Source: a virus | IMG/VR virus record: IMGVR_UViG_3300042197_001007 | Length of the DNA: 64,000 bases | Reading direction: 5' to 3' (one strand) | In this document: positions 8,261-16,887 of the stretch, in pieces | How positions within the stretch are numbered: position 1 is the first letter of the stretch | Layout of the letters: each line of letters opens with the position of its first letter | Position numbers and translations under genes: made by a program | Notes under the pieces: model-generated | The model's input: the letters and a program-made list of their open reading frames with translations, nothing else | Databases searched by the model: none | What the model was told of the DNA's origin: nothing

Positions 8261-8621
8261 AATCTTCTAACTCCAATTCATTTTTTAAATTTTCCATGAC
8301 TTCATCCATGGAATATGTTTCTACTTTACCTAGCTCAATGTCTTCACACATCTGCATCAGGTATTCAAGAAACTCTTTAGGATACACATCATCTTCATTC
8401 AATGATGCCCAGAACCATTCTACACATTCTGCCTCAGGATCTTCTACTGTTCTTGGCAGAGCATAACTATCATAGTTGGATGTCATCAGGTCAGCCCAGA
8501 TACGAAATGTCATCCGCATACTTTGCCATCCAGTCATCCAGCAATGACCAATCCAATACTCCCACCAATTCATAGTGGTTTTTTTATTTGCTGTTCCTTT
8601 GATTGGTGTACTGTATGCCAT
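8232..8621 (-). CDS. hypothetical Trp-rich protein (start revised)
   Basis: ORF track; start at MAYSTP coupled to the upstream stop. Confidence 0.6.
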   Translation of the reverse strand: MAYSTPIKGTANKKTTMNWWEYWIGHCWMTGWQSMRMTFRIWADLMTSNYDSYALPRTVEDPEAECVEWFWASLNEDDVYPKEFLEYLMQMCEDIELGKVETYSMDEVMENLKNELELEDYDGEPETDT

Positions 8622-8920
8622 TATCGTGATGTCCCAGGTAGACTTTCCATCTTCCAAGTATAGGTAAGAAAGTCAAGGTCAAACCCAAACTTGTATACCC
8701 AGAATAGAATTCCCATCACACCACTACTACCAAATGTTACTTGAATGTATGGCCAACTGGGATAATCATTCCAAGAGAATGACCACTGTAGCAGTGATCG
8801 TCTCTTCATAAATGCTGGGCAATGCTTATTGAAATTTAGCAGTTGGAAGTACCATGTACCACCAAAATCTTCTGTGTATGTAAATCTAAAAAGATTTACC
8901 ACTGCGCGTGAATAACTCAT
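8621..8920 (-). CDS. hypothetical protein
   Basis: ORF track; aromatic-rich. Confidence 0.55.
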   Translation of the reverse strand: MSYSRAVVNLFRFTYTEDFGGTWYFQLLNFNKHCPAFMKRRSLLQWSFSWNDYPSWPYIQVTFGSSGVMGILFWVYKFGFDLDFLTYTWKMESLPGTSR

Positions 8921-9293
8921 AGTCCATTAACCTACCATATTTGAAATGTATTTTAGCACGGGGCCAATCTTCCCACGCACCACCCCATACTGATGTGTGA
9001 ACTTCAATATATTTGGTGATGGGATGTAATCGGATCACACCATGCTTACCATTTGGCACCCACTCAAAGTTCAACCATGAACGCTCTTCATTATACTCTG
9101 GATCCCCTGGTTTATACATCTTAATATCTTGAGTATGGGAATAATCAATTACATACAAATAACCAGCTGGATCTAACCAGTATTGGGTCATGGTGCCACC
9201 AATACCTTCTTCAATGTCTTTAGTTTGACACTCTACATCTGTAAGTTGTGGTCCAAGATCATATGATGATCTGAAGTAATCAAACATTCCCAT
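8886..9293 (-). CDS. conserved phage hypothetical protein
   Basis: MGMFDY...QTKD N-terminus common in phage hypotheticals. Confidence 0.65.
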   Translation of the reverse strand: MGMFDYFRSSYDLGPQLTDVECQTKDIEEGIGGTMTQYWLDPAGYLYVIDYSHTQDIKMYKPGDPEYNEERSWLNFEWVPNGKHGVIRLHPITKYIEVHTSVWGGAWEDWPRAKIHFKYGRLMDYELFTRSGKSF

Positions 9294-9297
9294 TGTT

Positions 9298-9507
9298 TTA
9301 CTCTTCCTCCTCTTCTACCTTACGGAGTACAATTTGGTCATCTTCAACAATCCATTCCAGCAGGTCATCTTCTTCCCATCCAAGTTCATTAAAGAGTTCT
9401 TCTGGAATGGGCATCAACAGATCACCATTCTCATCCTCATCGAGAGTAACAGTATAGTCTGTATTCAGGTTTGTATCGTTCGATGTATTTTCTGGCATGA
9501 TCTTCAC
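9298..9507 (-). CDS. AbrB/MraZ/SpoVT-like DNA-binding protein
   Basis: GDLLMPIPEELFNELGWEEDDLLEWIVEDDQIVLRKV swapped-hairpin pattern. Confidence 0.6.
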   Translation of the reverse strand: MKIMPENTSNDTNLNTDYTVTLDEDENGDLLMPIPEELFNELGWEEDDLLEWIVEDDQIVLRKVEEEEE

Positions 9508-9835
9508 ATTGGAAATAACAGGTTTTCTTTTCAGTTTGATCCTCTAACCGATATGGAAACATATCGACATAGGGGAACAATGATAGGTCAGAAGAACAAA
9601 CGGGGGACGTTTTCTGGGTCTTCGTCTTTTCTGACGATTTGGGCGTCGATGTGCGCTTGGATGGCGTCTTCGATGGCGATTTGCTCGTTGTCAGGGTCGT
9701 TAGATTGTCTGAGAGCTTCTTCGCAGTGCGAGCGGAGACATTCGATGAAGTCTTCTTCTGTCCAGTCGTTGAGGACTTTTTCTTTGGGGTCGTTTTGGTC
9801 CCAGTCGATTGTGAACGTGCCATCAGTGTTTTCAA
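9437..9835 (-). CDS. hypothetical protein with a K/T/S-rich N-terminus overprinted on 9588..9851
   Basis: Open frame with TTG start; globular C-terminus FPYRLED...CYFQCEDHA; start uncertain (fallback ATG at 9562). Confidence 0.55.
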   Translation of the reverse strand: MKTLMARSQSTGTKTTPKKKSSTTGQKKTSSNVSARTAKKLSDNLTTLTTSKSPSKTPSKRTSTPKSSEKTKTQKTSPVCSSDLSLFPYVDMFPYRLEDQTEKKTCYFQCEDHARKYIERYKPEYRLYCYSR

Positions 9836-9851
9836 TTACGGAGATTGTCAT
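9588..9851 (-). CDS. hypothetical acidic protein
   Basis: ORF track; ATGA-coupled to the upstream gene. Confidence 0.65.
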   Translation of the reverse strand: MTISVIENTDGTFTIDWDQNDPKEKVLNDWTEEDFIECLRSHCEEALRQSNDPDNEQIAIEDAIQAHIDAQIVRKDEDPENVPRLFF

Positions 9852-10201
9852 GATCCAAGAGTAAATGCCGATAAGTTTTCAGGTGAAACTTCTTCCAAAG
9901 CTTCCTTGATATTTTGTTTAAGTTCGTCTTTGGTGATCAGATTACCATGATATTCTTTTTTATATTCTGGTTTTTCTTCTTCAAATCGGTCACAGGTATC
10001 ATACAATAGATCTCTGGTAATTCGATGAAGAACGTCCAAGAATGATCCAGGAACATTCGCATAGGATCCATTACCTGTGCCATTGAACATGGTGTCACGA
10101 ACTTTGTCCAGCAAAAACTTATACTGGATTAGTTTCTCGTCAAAAATGTCATAAAAGAAATTTTCATCATCACCAGTTTTAAAATTAGGAATTTCGCTCA
10201 T
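9848..10201 (-). CDS. hypothetical protein
   Basis: ORF track. Confidence 0.65.
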   Translation of the reverse strand: MSEIPNFKTGDDENFFYDIFDEKLIQYKFLLDKVRDTMFNGTGNGSYANVPGSFLDVLHRITRDLLYDTCDRFEEEKPEYKKEYHGNLITKDELKQNIKEALEEVSPENLSAFTLGS

Positions 10202-10469
10202 TGCTCCTCCACATCGTCTGGGTTTTTTGGGTTTGCGAATGTACCGTAGTTGTATGTGTAGTAAAGGAAGTTATTAATGCTACGATCAATACCCAAACTC
10301 TCTTTCACATCCAACCATGACTGATACTCTAGTTGAAGATCTGGTCCTAGTTCAAGTGTCACTTCCATTTTCTTCTCGTCTCTGTCTAATTTGATGTAGA
10401 ATGGTCTCAGCTAGTGCGTGATCGTCTCGATTATATGCGTTAATATAATCAAGGATCAGTGATTTGAGG

Positions 10470-10694
10470 TCAGGATCTAATGGACCGGTAGTATTCTGTG
10501 AGTTCATCAAAATTAGAAAATAAAGTCACCTCACTATCTAGCTGTTCTGGGTCCAACCACTCATAATACTCGTCAGCAAATGCCAACGCATCATCAACAC
10601 GATCTTCGGCAATCAGTTCTTTGAAGCGATCACACGCCCAGTCATAGATATCATCTCGTTGCTGAGAAATACGGAGAGCATCAACGTTGTTCAT
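10470..10694 (-). CDS. hypothetical protein
   Basis: ORF track; ATGA overlap. Confidence 0.65.
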   Translation of the reverse strand: MNNVDALRISQQRDDIYDWACDRFKELIAEDRVDDALAFADEYYEWLDPEQLDSEVTLFSNFDELTEYYRSIRS

Positions 10695-10945
10695 TTTTTA
10701 AATAGCGTAAGTTTGTTCTGGAGGTGATCGTATGATCTGAATTCTACATCATGTGGCAGCGATCTGGCAAGCGCAGCAGCGAATTCATTAGGAAATCTAC
10801 TGAATACACGCCAGTATTTGGCATTCTGCTCATACGTCAGGTCTTGACGTGGCGCCACACTGATACTGTACTCACCCATCGTATAGCGATTGGGGAATGG
10901 TTCTACCAGTGTCTGGATGTATTCAACCAGTGGATTGTATTTCAT
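10691..10945 (-). CDS. hypothetical protein
   Basis: ORF track; ATGA overlap. Confidence 0.65.
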   Translation of the reverse strand: MKYNPLVEYIQTLVEPFPNRYTMGEYSISVAPRQDLTYEQNAKYWRVFSRFPNEFAAALARSLPHDVEFRSYDHLQNKLTLFKK

Positions 10946-11169
10946 TTGACAAAGACCTCCAGGTGCTCTTCGGATAGTTTAGCAATCTCTTGAAGATGAT
11001 AGGCAACATGAGCTACATACTCACGCTCTTCTTCATCAAGATTGTCCCACGCAATGTCGTATGCTCCGTCCCAATCAATGCTGCCATCGTCAAGCATAGG
11101 AGCACCGTAAATGGCGTCTTGAGAGTGATTAATGGCGTAAACGTTGCCTTCGATTACAAGATAGTACAT
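10942..11169 (-). CDS. hypothetical protein
   Basis: ORF track; directly downstream of a sigma70 promoter. Confidence 0.65.
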   Translation of the reverse strand: MYYLVIEGNVYAINHSQDAIYGAPMLDDGSIDWDGAYDIAWDNLDEEEREYVAHVAYHLQEIAKLSEEHLEVFVK

Positions 11170-11192
11170 GATAGAAACGAACTCTGTAGTGT

Positions 11193-11221
11193 AATTTAGC
11201 AGGAAAAGGTGCTGGTGTCAA
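11193..11221 (-). promoter_or_regulatory. sigma70-type promoter
   Basis: TTGACA (11216-11221), 17 bp, TAAATT (11193-11198); no palindrome. Confidence 0.7.
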
Positions 11222-11224
11222 GCA

Positions 11225-11578
11225 TCAGCGGAGGTAAAGATAACCTCCCGCCCAGTCACACTTCTCAAGCATCTCTTCACGCTCGCTGATCACGAGCAGG
11301 TTGTAACGAACACCTTTGGCAGGAGCTTTCACACTGGCAGGTTTGTACACATAACCGTTGGTCTTGTCAATGAAAGCATGAATGCTATCACGACGACCGT
11401 TGATGGTCATGAAGATTTTGTGATACTTACGACCAGAACTGTCGAGTTCATAACCGTAACCATCAGGAGCATCTTGAGTGAGAGCATCACACAGCATCAA
11501 GCAATACTTGACGATGTTGAGATGAATGGTGTTACGGGCGGTTTGCTCGGAAGCGAATTGGGCGAAGGTGGTGGTCAT
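11225..11578 (-). CDS. conserved T4-like phage hypothetical protein (start revised to MTTTFAQ)
   Basis: HAFID..G.VYKPAS.KAPAKGVRY...DWAGGYLY motif; the track start overlaps the promoter. Confidence 0.7.
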   Translation of the reverse strand: MTTTFAQFASEQTARNTIHLNIVKYCLMLCDALTQDAPDGYGYELDSSGRKYHKIFMTINGRRDSIHAFIDKTNGYVYKPASVKAPAKGVRYNLLVISEREEMLEKCDWAGGYLYLR

Positions 11579-11599
11579 GTGTCCTTTGCTGATGTAATC

Positions 11600-11658
11600 A
11601 GTATAGGGTGGATCAGAGCAGTTCCAGGGCTTCAGGTGACAGTTCCTCAACTGGCACA
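11600..11658 (-). promoter_or_regulatory. early promoter with 24-bp palindrome
   Basis: -10 TATACT at 11600-11605; GGTGACAGTT-CCTC-AACTGGCACA at 11635-11658; 29-bp gap. Confidence 0.8.
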
Positions 11659-11743
11659 TCACTGTCCCATTCGTGCTCGGACAGGTCTAGATCATAACTA
11701 TCAAGTTGATCCAGGATGTAACGATCAAGCAGAACTTCTTCCA

Positions 11744-11899
11744 TCATTTCTTTTTAGTAAAATTACAATCGGGGTGACCTTGAGGCAATTGAGCACACGC
11801 TCTATCGTATGCCTCAAACATCTTCTGATCTCGTTTGATCAGAAAACCATTCCACATCAGAATGGCAATGACAAGAAAAAACCAAGTTTGAGTTTTCAT
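11744..11899 (-). CDS. small membrane-anchored protein (51 aa, not in ORF track)
   Basis: MKTQTWFFLVIAILMWNGFLIKRDQKMFEAYDRAC...*. Confidence 0.6.
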   Translation of the reverse strand: MKTQTWFFLVIAILMWNGFLIKRDQKMFEAYDRACAQLPQGHPDCNFTKKK

Positions 11900-11901
11900 G
11901 A

Positions 11902-12045
11902 TCAGTTAGCGTAAGCAACACATTCAGGGTTCCAGTATTCAAAATACTCTTCTTCAGACATAGCGAAAACTTTAGCCATCTCCTCACGATCTTCGTCAGA
12001 GATGTCAAAGATCTCAGCGGGCATGTCTTGGATTTCGTCCCACAT
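11902..12045 (-). CDS. small acidic protein (47 aa, not in ORF track)
   Basis: MWDEIQDMPAEIFDIS...*; downstream of a promoter and GGAG. Confidence 0.65.
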   Translation of the reverse strand: MWDEIQDMPAEIFDISDEDREEMAKVFAMSEEEYFEYWNPECVAYAN

Positions 12046-12073
12046 GGGGTGGTGCTCCGTTGATTACCTTGTA

Positions 12074-12132
12074 ATTATAGGGTCAGTCCAGCTCCGCCAG
12101 GGCGCTGTGTAGACAGTTCCACAACTGGTACT
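12074..12132 (-). promoter_or_regulatory. early promoter with 24-bp palindrome
   Basis: -10 TATAAT at 12074-12079; GTAGACAGTT-CCAC-AACTGGTACT at 12109-12132; 29-bp gap. Confidence 0.7.
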
Positions 12133-12277
12133 GGACCGTCACATCGTCAACGCCATGGTGCTCTGCTGTCTTGCGGCAATCCACAGGGTCATGACCCCAC
12201 AGAAGGTCGATCAGGAATTTGATCTGCTGGGTGTCCAGGGGCACCAGTGTGGCGACAGAGGGGCAAGGATAGGTCAT
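12083..12277 (-). CDS. hypothetical protein
   Basis: ORF track. Confidence 0.6.
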   Translation of the reverse strand: MTYPCPSVATLVPLDTQQIKFLIDLLWGHDPVDCRKTAEHHGVDDVTVQYQLWNCLHSALAELD

Positions 12278-12282
12278 AGGGG

Positions 12283-13158
12283 TTAGAGAGGGGTTACAGG
12301 CGCTTCTAGGGGGGTCTCAGCGCATTCAGATGCTACACGGTCACGAGCGATTTGGCAATAGTGCTGGTCAAGGTCAACGCCAACGAACTGGCGCCCCAGA
12401 CGCACAGCAGCAACACCAGTGCTGCCAGAACCACAGAACGGATCCAACACAGTAGAATTGACAGGAGAATAGATCTTGATAAGATATTCCATCAAACTCA
12501 GTGGTTTGACTGTAGGATGATCGTTGTCCTCACCTTTCTCTTTGCGTGTGGCACGGGGAGCATAGAAATACTTCTGATGCTCTGGTTCTACCTCGCCAAT
12601 AATATTGGAAGGATAACGACCAGCTGGATTAGCATCTACTGTGCCATACTCAGCACCAGAACCTTTGGTGTTACCATCACGACCAAATGTACGGCGACTG
12701 GCACCACCTTTTACCCAACCAGTGGGAGGTTTCTTATCCCATGGCACACGAGTATTCTCAACGTCAATCAGACCACATCCCCACTGCTCAAAGTTATCTT
12801 TAAGAGTGCCAGAGTATGGTTTCTGTGCTACAACAATCGGTTCGTGTGCTGGTTTCAAACGATTGTGTTTGGGCATCTTGGTGGTGGTCATCCACATAAT
12901 CTGATCTTTGATTGTAAAACCAGCATCTTCAACATTACATGCCAGACGGTGATACAATTCAGGAGAACAGAAAGCTAAACAAAAAGCACCAGGACGAAGT
13001 GTACGAAACACCTCGCGCCAGATATCTACACTGGGCACAGAATGATCCCAGTGATCCATACCCATACCATAGGGAGGATCAGTGATACAAGAATGAAATG
13101 AGTTCTCATCATAGGTAGAGAGAACTTCTTGGCAATTACCAGTCAAAATCGAGTACAT
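12283..13158 (-). CDS. N6-A/N4-C DNA methyltransferase (beta class; start revised to MYSILTG)
   Basis: Catalytic DPPY precedes the SAM-binding DPFCGSGST; HPTVKP motif. Confidence 0.9.
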   Translation of the reverse strand: MYSILTGNCQEVLSTYDENSFHSCITDPPYGMGMDHWDHSVPSVDIWREVFRTLRPGAFCLAFCSPELYHRLACNVEDAGFTIKDQIMWMTTTKMPKHNRLKPAHEPIVVAQKPYSGTLKDNFEQWGCGLIDVENTRVPWDKKPPTGWVKGGASRRTFGRDGNTKGSGAEYGTVDANPAGRYPSNIIGEVEPEHQKYFYAPRATRKEKGEDNDHPTVKPLSLMEYLIKIYSPVNSTVLDPFCGSGSTGVAAVRLGRQFVGVDLDQHYCQIARDRVASECAETPLEAPVTPL

Positions 13159-13666
13159 TTTGTTCACAGTGTTGGCGGTCTGGGTGGTTGAAATAATCTT
13201 TTTTACCTTTACCAGTTTGAGTATACATGTTCCGAACGTAGAAGTCAAATCCACGAGGATCATTCTGCCAGTCTTCATCCAGTTGATATGTCTTCAACAC
13301 AGCGTTGAGATCTTCAACCAGTTGAGAATAGAGCTCACGTTTTTTGTCTGTTACAATGTCATCAGCAAAGAAAATCGTAGTTTCATTGTACTTCGCACTG
13401 CTAAAGATGTACGTCACACCTTTTTTAGGAAGACCTCCATTGTAGGTTGGAAAAGTTTGCCTAGAAGATTTACATTCAATGTCTACAACACGACCATTGG
13501 GAAGTTTTACCCTAAAGTCAGGTGAATTTTGTGGACCGTTAGGTTGATACTCATAATCATATCCAAATTTGTCAAGCAACTCCATAACTTGTTTCTCATG
13601 AAGCGGATTATCCTGAGAGTTGGATTTGTATGGGAGGAGCAGAACCTCTTGCCAAAATTGTTTCAT
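13136..13666 (-). CDS. putative PD-(D/E)xK endonuclease (type II restriction enzyme-like)
   Basis: PDF...IECKS motif; overlaps the methyltransferase start by 23 nt. Confidence 0.6.
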   Translation of the reverse strand: MKQFWQEVLLLPYKSNSQDNPLHEKQVMELLDKFGYDYEYQPNGPQNSPDFRVKLPNGRVVDIECKSSRQTFPTYNGGLPKKGVTYIFSSAKYNETTIFFADDIVTDKKRELYSQLVEDLNAVLKTYQLDEDWQNDPRGFDFYVRNMYTQTGKGKKDYFNHPDRQHCEQNVLDFDW

Positions 13667-13668
13667 GA

Positions 13669-13950
13669 TCAAATAAATTGAAGAATGCTAGGGCGCAGTG
13701 GTTTCAGGATCTGCATGGCACTATAGGGTGTGGTATTATCAATGTCAACCACTTTCCCCACAGTTTTAGCATTTACTGGGGCGTAATACTTCTTCAGTTT
13801 ACTGTTGTAAAACCCCCAGATTGATTTGGGTGTTTCATCCGTATAGCTAAACTGCCCATGGTTACAAATCCATATAGAAACTACATTAGTTTTATGTTGT
13901 TGAAACTCATAGGAATATCCACGCGGAGGTGTGTGCGGAAATTCAAACAT
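13669..13950 (-). CDS. conserved cyanophage hypothetical protein
   Basis: ORF track. Confidence 0.65.
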   Translation of the reverse strand: MFEFPHTPPRGYSYEFQQHKTNVVSIWICNHGQFSYTDETPKSIWGFYNSKLKKYYAPVNAKTVGKVVDIDNTTPYSAMQILKPLRPSILQFI

Positions 13951-14128
13951 CTTTCTTCAAATGACTACGGACACATCCCAGGAATTGTTGCCATTCTTCT
14001 TCTGTGAAGTTGTCGGAAGCATAAGGAATGCCAACGACAGCAGCACAATGGCGGCGTATATACTCAGGCGCAACATAAGGATCTTGATAAGAGGTAACTG
14101 TAGCAAGAATGAGAGCGAGCATCAGCAA
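13943..14128 (-). CDS. hypothetical protein with signal-like N-terminus
   Basis: ORF track. Confidence 0.55.
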   Translation of the reverse strand: MLMLALILATVTSYQDPYVAPEYIRRHCAAVVGIPYASDNFTEEEWQQFLGCVRSHLKKDV

Positions 14129-14385
14129 GCACCGTAGAAAGGATTGCCGAGTTGCGGAAGCTCGCTGTTGTCGCCAGTCACAACATAATTGTGTGCCAGA
14201 CGGTCGCGGATAGCGAGCTTCTTCTCAACGCGGTTGAGGAACTTCTTGGAGATCTGATCCACACCTTTCCAGGACAGAACCTGAAGGCACCACTCTTGAC
14301 TGATGTCACCATAGGGGGTCTTGACAGGATAGTATCCGACCAGCATGGTGCCGTCTTGAGACTGGAGGACAGGGAAGTCAGACAT
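14122..14385 (-). CDS. hypothetical protein
   Basis: ORF track; follows a promoter and GAGAG. Confidence 0.65.
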   Translation of the reverse strand: MSDFPVLQSQDGTMLVGYYPVKTPYGDISQEWCLQVLSWKGVDQISKKFLNRVEKKLAIRDRLAHNYVVTGDNSELPQLGNPFYGAC

Positions 14386-14410
14386 TGGGGTGTCTCTCGA
14401 TTACCTTGTA

Positions 14411-14469
14411 ATCATACAGCGTCCAGGTGCTGGGTCACGGTGGGGTGTGCCAGTTCCTCAACTGGATAG
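14411..14469 (-). promoter_or_regulatory. early promoter with 24-bp palindrome, embedded in the 3' end of the Dam-like gene
   Basis: -10 TATGAT at 14411-14416; TGTGCCAGTT-CCTC-AACTGGATAG at 14446-14469; 29-bp gap. Confidence 0.75.
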
Positions 14470-15251
14470 TTTGTGATGTATAGGTGCTGAACTTTGGCAT
14501 TAGAATGATTTTTGTTCTTGCCAAATCTTTGTGAGTAAACAAAATCTTCAACGTAGATGTTGAAGTCATTGTATTGATCACGGTAAAATTCGTGGTCTGA
14601 ATGAACAATCATCCAGTTTGCTTCTGTTGTCATGAGGCAACTTTTAAGTTCTTCATGTAGCTCCAATCCACCATCACCAGATGTATACCCCAGTCTCTCA
14701 AGGTATGGAGGATCAACAAAGATAAAGTCTTTCTCAGTTTCATACTTGAAGCATTGCTCAAACGACGCATGTGAGATTTCGCATTTCTTGAGGAATTCGT
14801 GATGAGATTTAGATAGATTACAAGAAAAGGACTTGTAGTGTCCGAATGGAACGTTAAACTTTCCGCTACGACTATATCTCTCCATGCCACTAAAGCATAG
14901 TTGCCTCACAATAATGTAAGCAGATGCGTTATCAAACTCGTTGAATGAATTGCTATCATTAATCACATCTCTGGATTTGTAGTAAAGAACTTCCAGTTTA
15001 TCATGATCATATGTTTTTGTTTCATCAACAAAATCTTGTAGCTCCTGATAGTGTTCTCCAGCAACTATCTTGTACAGATTGATAACCTGCCAATTTACAT
15101 CAGTAAGCACTGCTGGTTCCTCAAAGTAAAAGGAAACAGCAGCACCACCACAAAAGGGTTCAATAATCTGATTGTATTTCTTTGGCATCAGGGCAGCAAT
15201 AGTCTTCAATTCACGAGACTTGCCACCCTGGTACTTAACTAATGGTTTCAT
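14412..15251 (-). CDS. dam: Dam/D12-class N6-adenine DNA methyltransferase
   Basis: KYQGGKS, EPFCGGAAV, D-V-N and FVDPPY motifs. Confidence 0.9.
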   Translation of the reverse strand: MKPLVKYQGGKSRELKTIAALMPKKYNQIIEPFCGGAAVSFYFEEPAVLTDVNWQVINLYKIVAGEHYQELQDFVDETKTYDHDKLEVLYYKSRDVINDSNSFNEFDNASAYIIVRQLCFSGMERYSRSGKFNVPFGHYKSFSCNLSKSHHEFLKKCEISHASFEQCFKYETEKDFIFVDPPYLERLGYTSGDGGLELHEELKSCLMTTEANWMIVHSDHEFYRDQYNDFNIYVEDFVYSQRFGKNKNHSNAKVQHLYITNYPVEELAHPTVTQHLDAV

Positions 15252-15925
15252 ACTTCATCTTTTTCAAGTTTAGCAAAAAATTCTTTAGCAAACTCTTTAT
15301 ACAGTTCAAAAACCATATCAGCAGTAAACGGACAATCTGGAATCAAATCAAAAAGATCTTGAAGTCCAAGAATTTTTATGTCTGGATATTGTGCAGCAAG
15401 TTCTGGAGGAATAGTTTTCAATACAGGAATAAAATACACCCCTTCATCAGCACCAAGAGCTTTCGCAACTGCTAAGACTTTATCATTAGATTCTCCTTTT
15501 TTCTCTGTGTCAAGTACAATATTACATTTGGATTCCAAATACAAAAACCAAACTCCATCTTTACGCTTGATACGAATATAGTGATCTACTTGACGATTTT
15601 TATTGCCAACTTTAACTTTATTCTTTTTGATCACCTTAACTTTATCTTGACCTTTTTTCTCACCTCTCTTATATTTGCCAACAACAATAATTTCATCTTC
15701 GATGAGATTGATGCCAAGATGAGAAACTATCTTATTAACAAAAATTTCTGTCTGATTACCAAGTTGAATTCGCAATGATTGAAGAGAAAGATTTTTTTTA
15801 ACTAAAAGAATGTAATTTTCTTGTGTTAAACCATATGCTTGATCTATATAAGATTCTATCTTGCCTGGTTTAATATCATCTAAAACACCAGTAGCAAGAT
15901 TTTTAAGGATTTGATAGTTGGTCAT
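15248..15925 (-). CDS. putative PD-(D/E)xK endonuclease (restriction enzyme-like)
   Basis: VDHY...LESKCN...LDTEK; ATGA-coupled to the Dam-like MTase; visibly AT-rich. Confidence 0.5.
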   Translation of the reverse strand: MTNYQILKNLATGVLDDIKPGKIESYIDQAYGLTQENYILLVKKNLSLQSLRIQLGNQTEIFVNKIVSHLGINLIEDEIIVVGKYKRGEKKGQDKVKVIKKNKVKVGNKNRQVDHYIRIKRKDGVWFLYLESKCNIVLDTEKKGESNDKVLAVAKALGADEGVYFIPVLKTIPPELAAQYPDIKILGLQDLFDLIPDCPFTADMVFELYKEFAKEFFAKLEKDEV

Positions 15926-15947
15926 GTGTTTGATTGATTACCCTGTT

Positions 15948-16028
15948 AGTATAGGAGAAGAGGTGGTTCAAGTCAAGGTTCATGAGACCTTATGGTGCTT
16001 GCCCTGTGCCACTTGCTCAACTGTCCCC
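15948..16028 (-). promoter_or_regulatory. early promoter; palindrome displaced by 22 bp
   Basis: TTGACT (15971-15976), 17 bp, TATACT (15948-15953); TGTGCCACTT-GCTC-AACTGTCCCC at 16005-16028; 51-bp gap. Confidence 0.8.
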
Positions 16029-16068
16029 AAAGACTGGGTGGATCTCAGTTTTTACATGCTCTGTCATG

Positions 16069-16338
16069 TTAACATGCTGCTCCCACATAATCGCATCCTC
16101 TAGATTGTAGAAAATAGCTTGTTGTTTCGTCTTCTTGTTCTTCTTTTGCTTTAACCACACCACAGCGTACTTCATTCCAATACTCACGAAAGACAATAAG
16201 ATTTACTTGATAACGACCACGATGTAAAGAAAAATCTGGTTTATCAATAAAACAGATGGTAAAATAATCGTCGTGTATGAAGCTGATCCAACCACATGTA
16301 CCACGATATTCTACCATCATACCGTATTTAAATGTCAT
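16069..16338 (-). CDS. hypothetical protein
   Basis: ORF track. Confidence 0.6.
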   Translation of the reverse strand: MTFKYGMMVEYRGTCGWISFIHDDYFTICFIDKPDFSLHRGRYQVNLIVFREYWNEVRCGVVKAKEEQEDETTSYFLQSRGCDYVGAAC

Positions 16339-16535
16339 CAGTTGATCTGTTCAAATGGTTCGCGGTTTTGATTTTCTGGTTTGGGTAACCTAAACATTTC
16401 TCGCAAATCATTCAATTCATTGATCTGACGTTGTAGATTATCTACCTGTGCCTGTAGAATTTGAAAATTATACTCGTTGTTAGATTGGATCTGTAGAAGA
16501 TTGTCCAATACTGATCTCAGTTCTTCTTCTGTCAT
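16338..16535 (-). CDS. hypothetical coiled-coil protein
   Basis: ORF track. Confidence 0.6.
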   Translation of the reverse strand: MTEEELRSVLDNLLQIQSNNEYNFQILQAQVDNLQRQINELNDLREMFRLPKPENQNREPFEQIN

Positions 16536-16562
16536 GATAATCTGGGTGTATCGTGATATTTA

Positions 16563-16841
16563 TCAGTAGGAAGGATCGCCTGGGATGTCATCATCACATT
16601 TTTCGTCCCTGGGTTTGCCATGGACCAGCAGCAGGGCACCCTCAGCTTTCTCAGCGAAGGTTTTGTGATAAGTGTTCATCTCTACGATAATATCTCGCAG
16701 ATCGTTATAGAATTCAAGGATAGATGTGTTAGCATCATCCAGATAATCATGAACAGCATCAGTCAGACGATCTTTACGCTGCTCACGGTAACGTGCTTCC
16801 CAATCTTCTTGGATGTTTGGGCGTCCTTCAACAGTAGTCAT
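16563..16841 (-). CDS. hypothetical protein (start revised to MTTVEG)
   Basis: TTGCCC-17-TAAAAT promoter-like sequence at 16876-16904 lies within the longer track ORF. Confidence 0.55.
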   Translation of the reverse strand: MTTVEGRPNIQEDWEARYREQRKDRLTDAVHDYLDDANTSILEFYNDLRDIIVEMNTYHKTFAEKAEGALLLVHGKPRDEKCDDDIPGDPSY

Positions 16842-16887
16842 AGTAAATTCGTAGGGGTTGTTAGGATTGAGTTTCATTTTAGCACAA

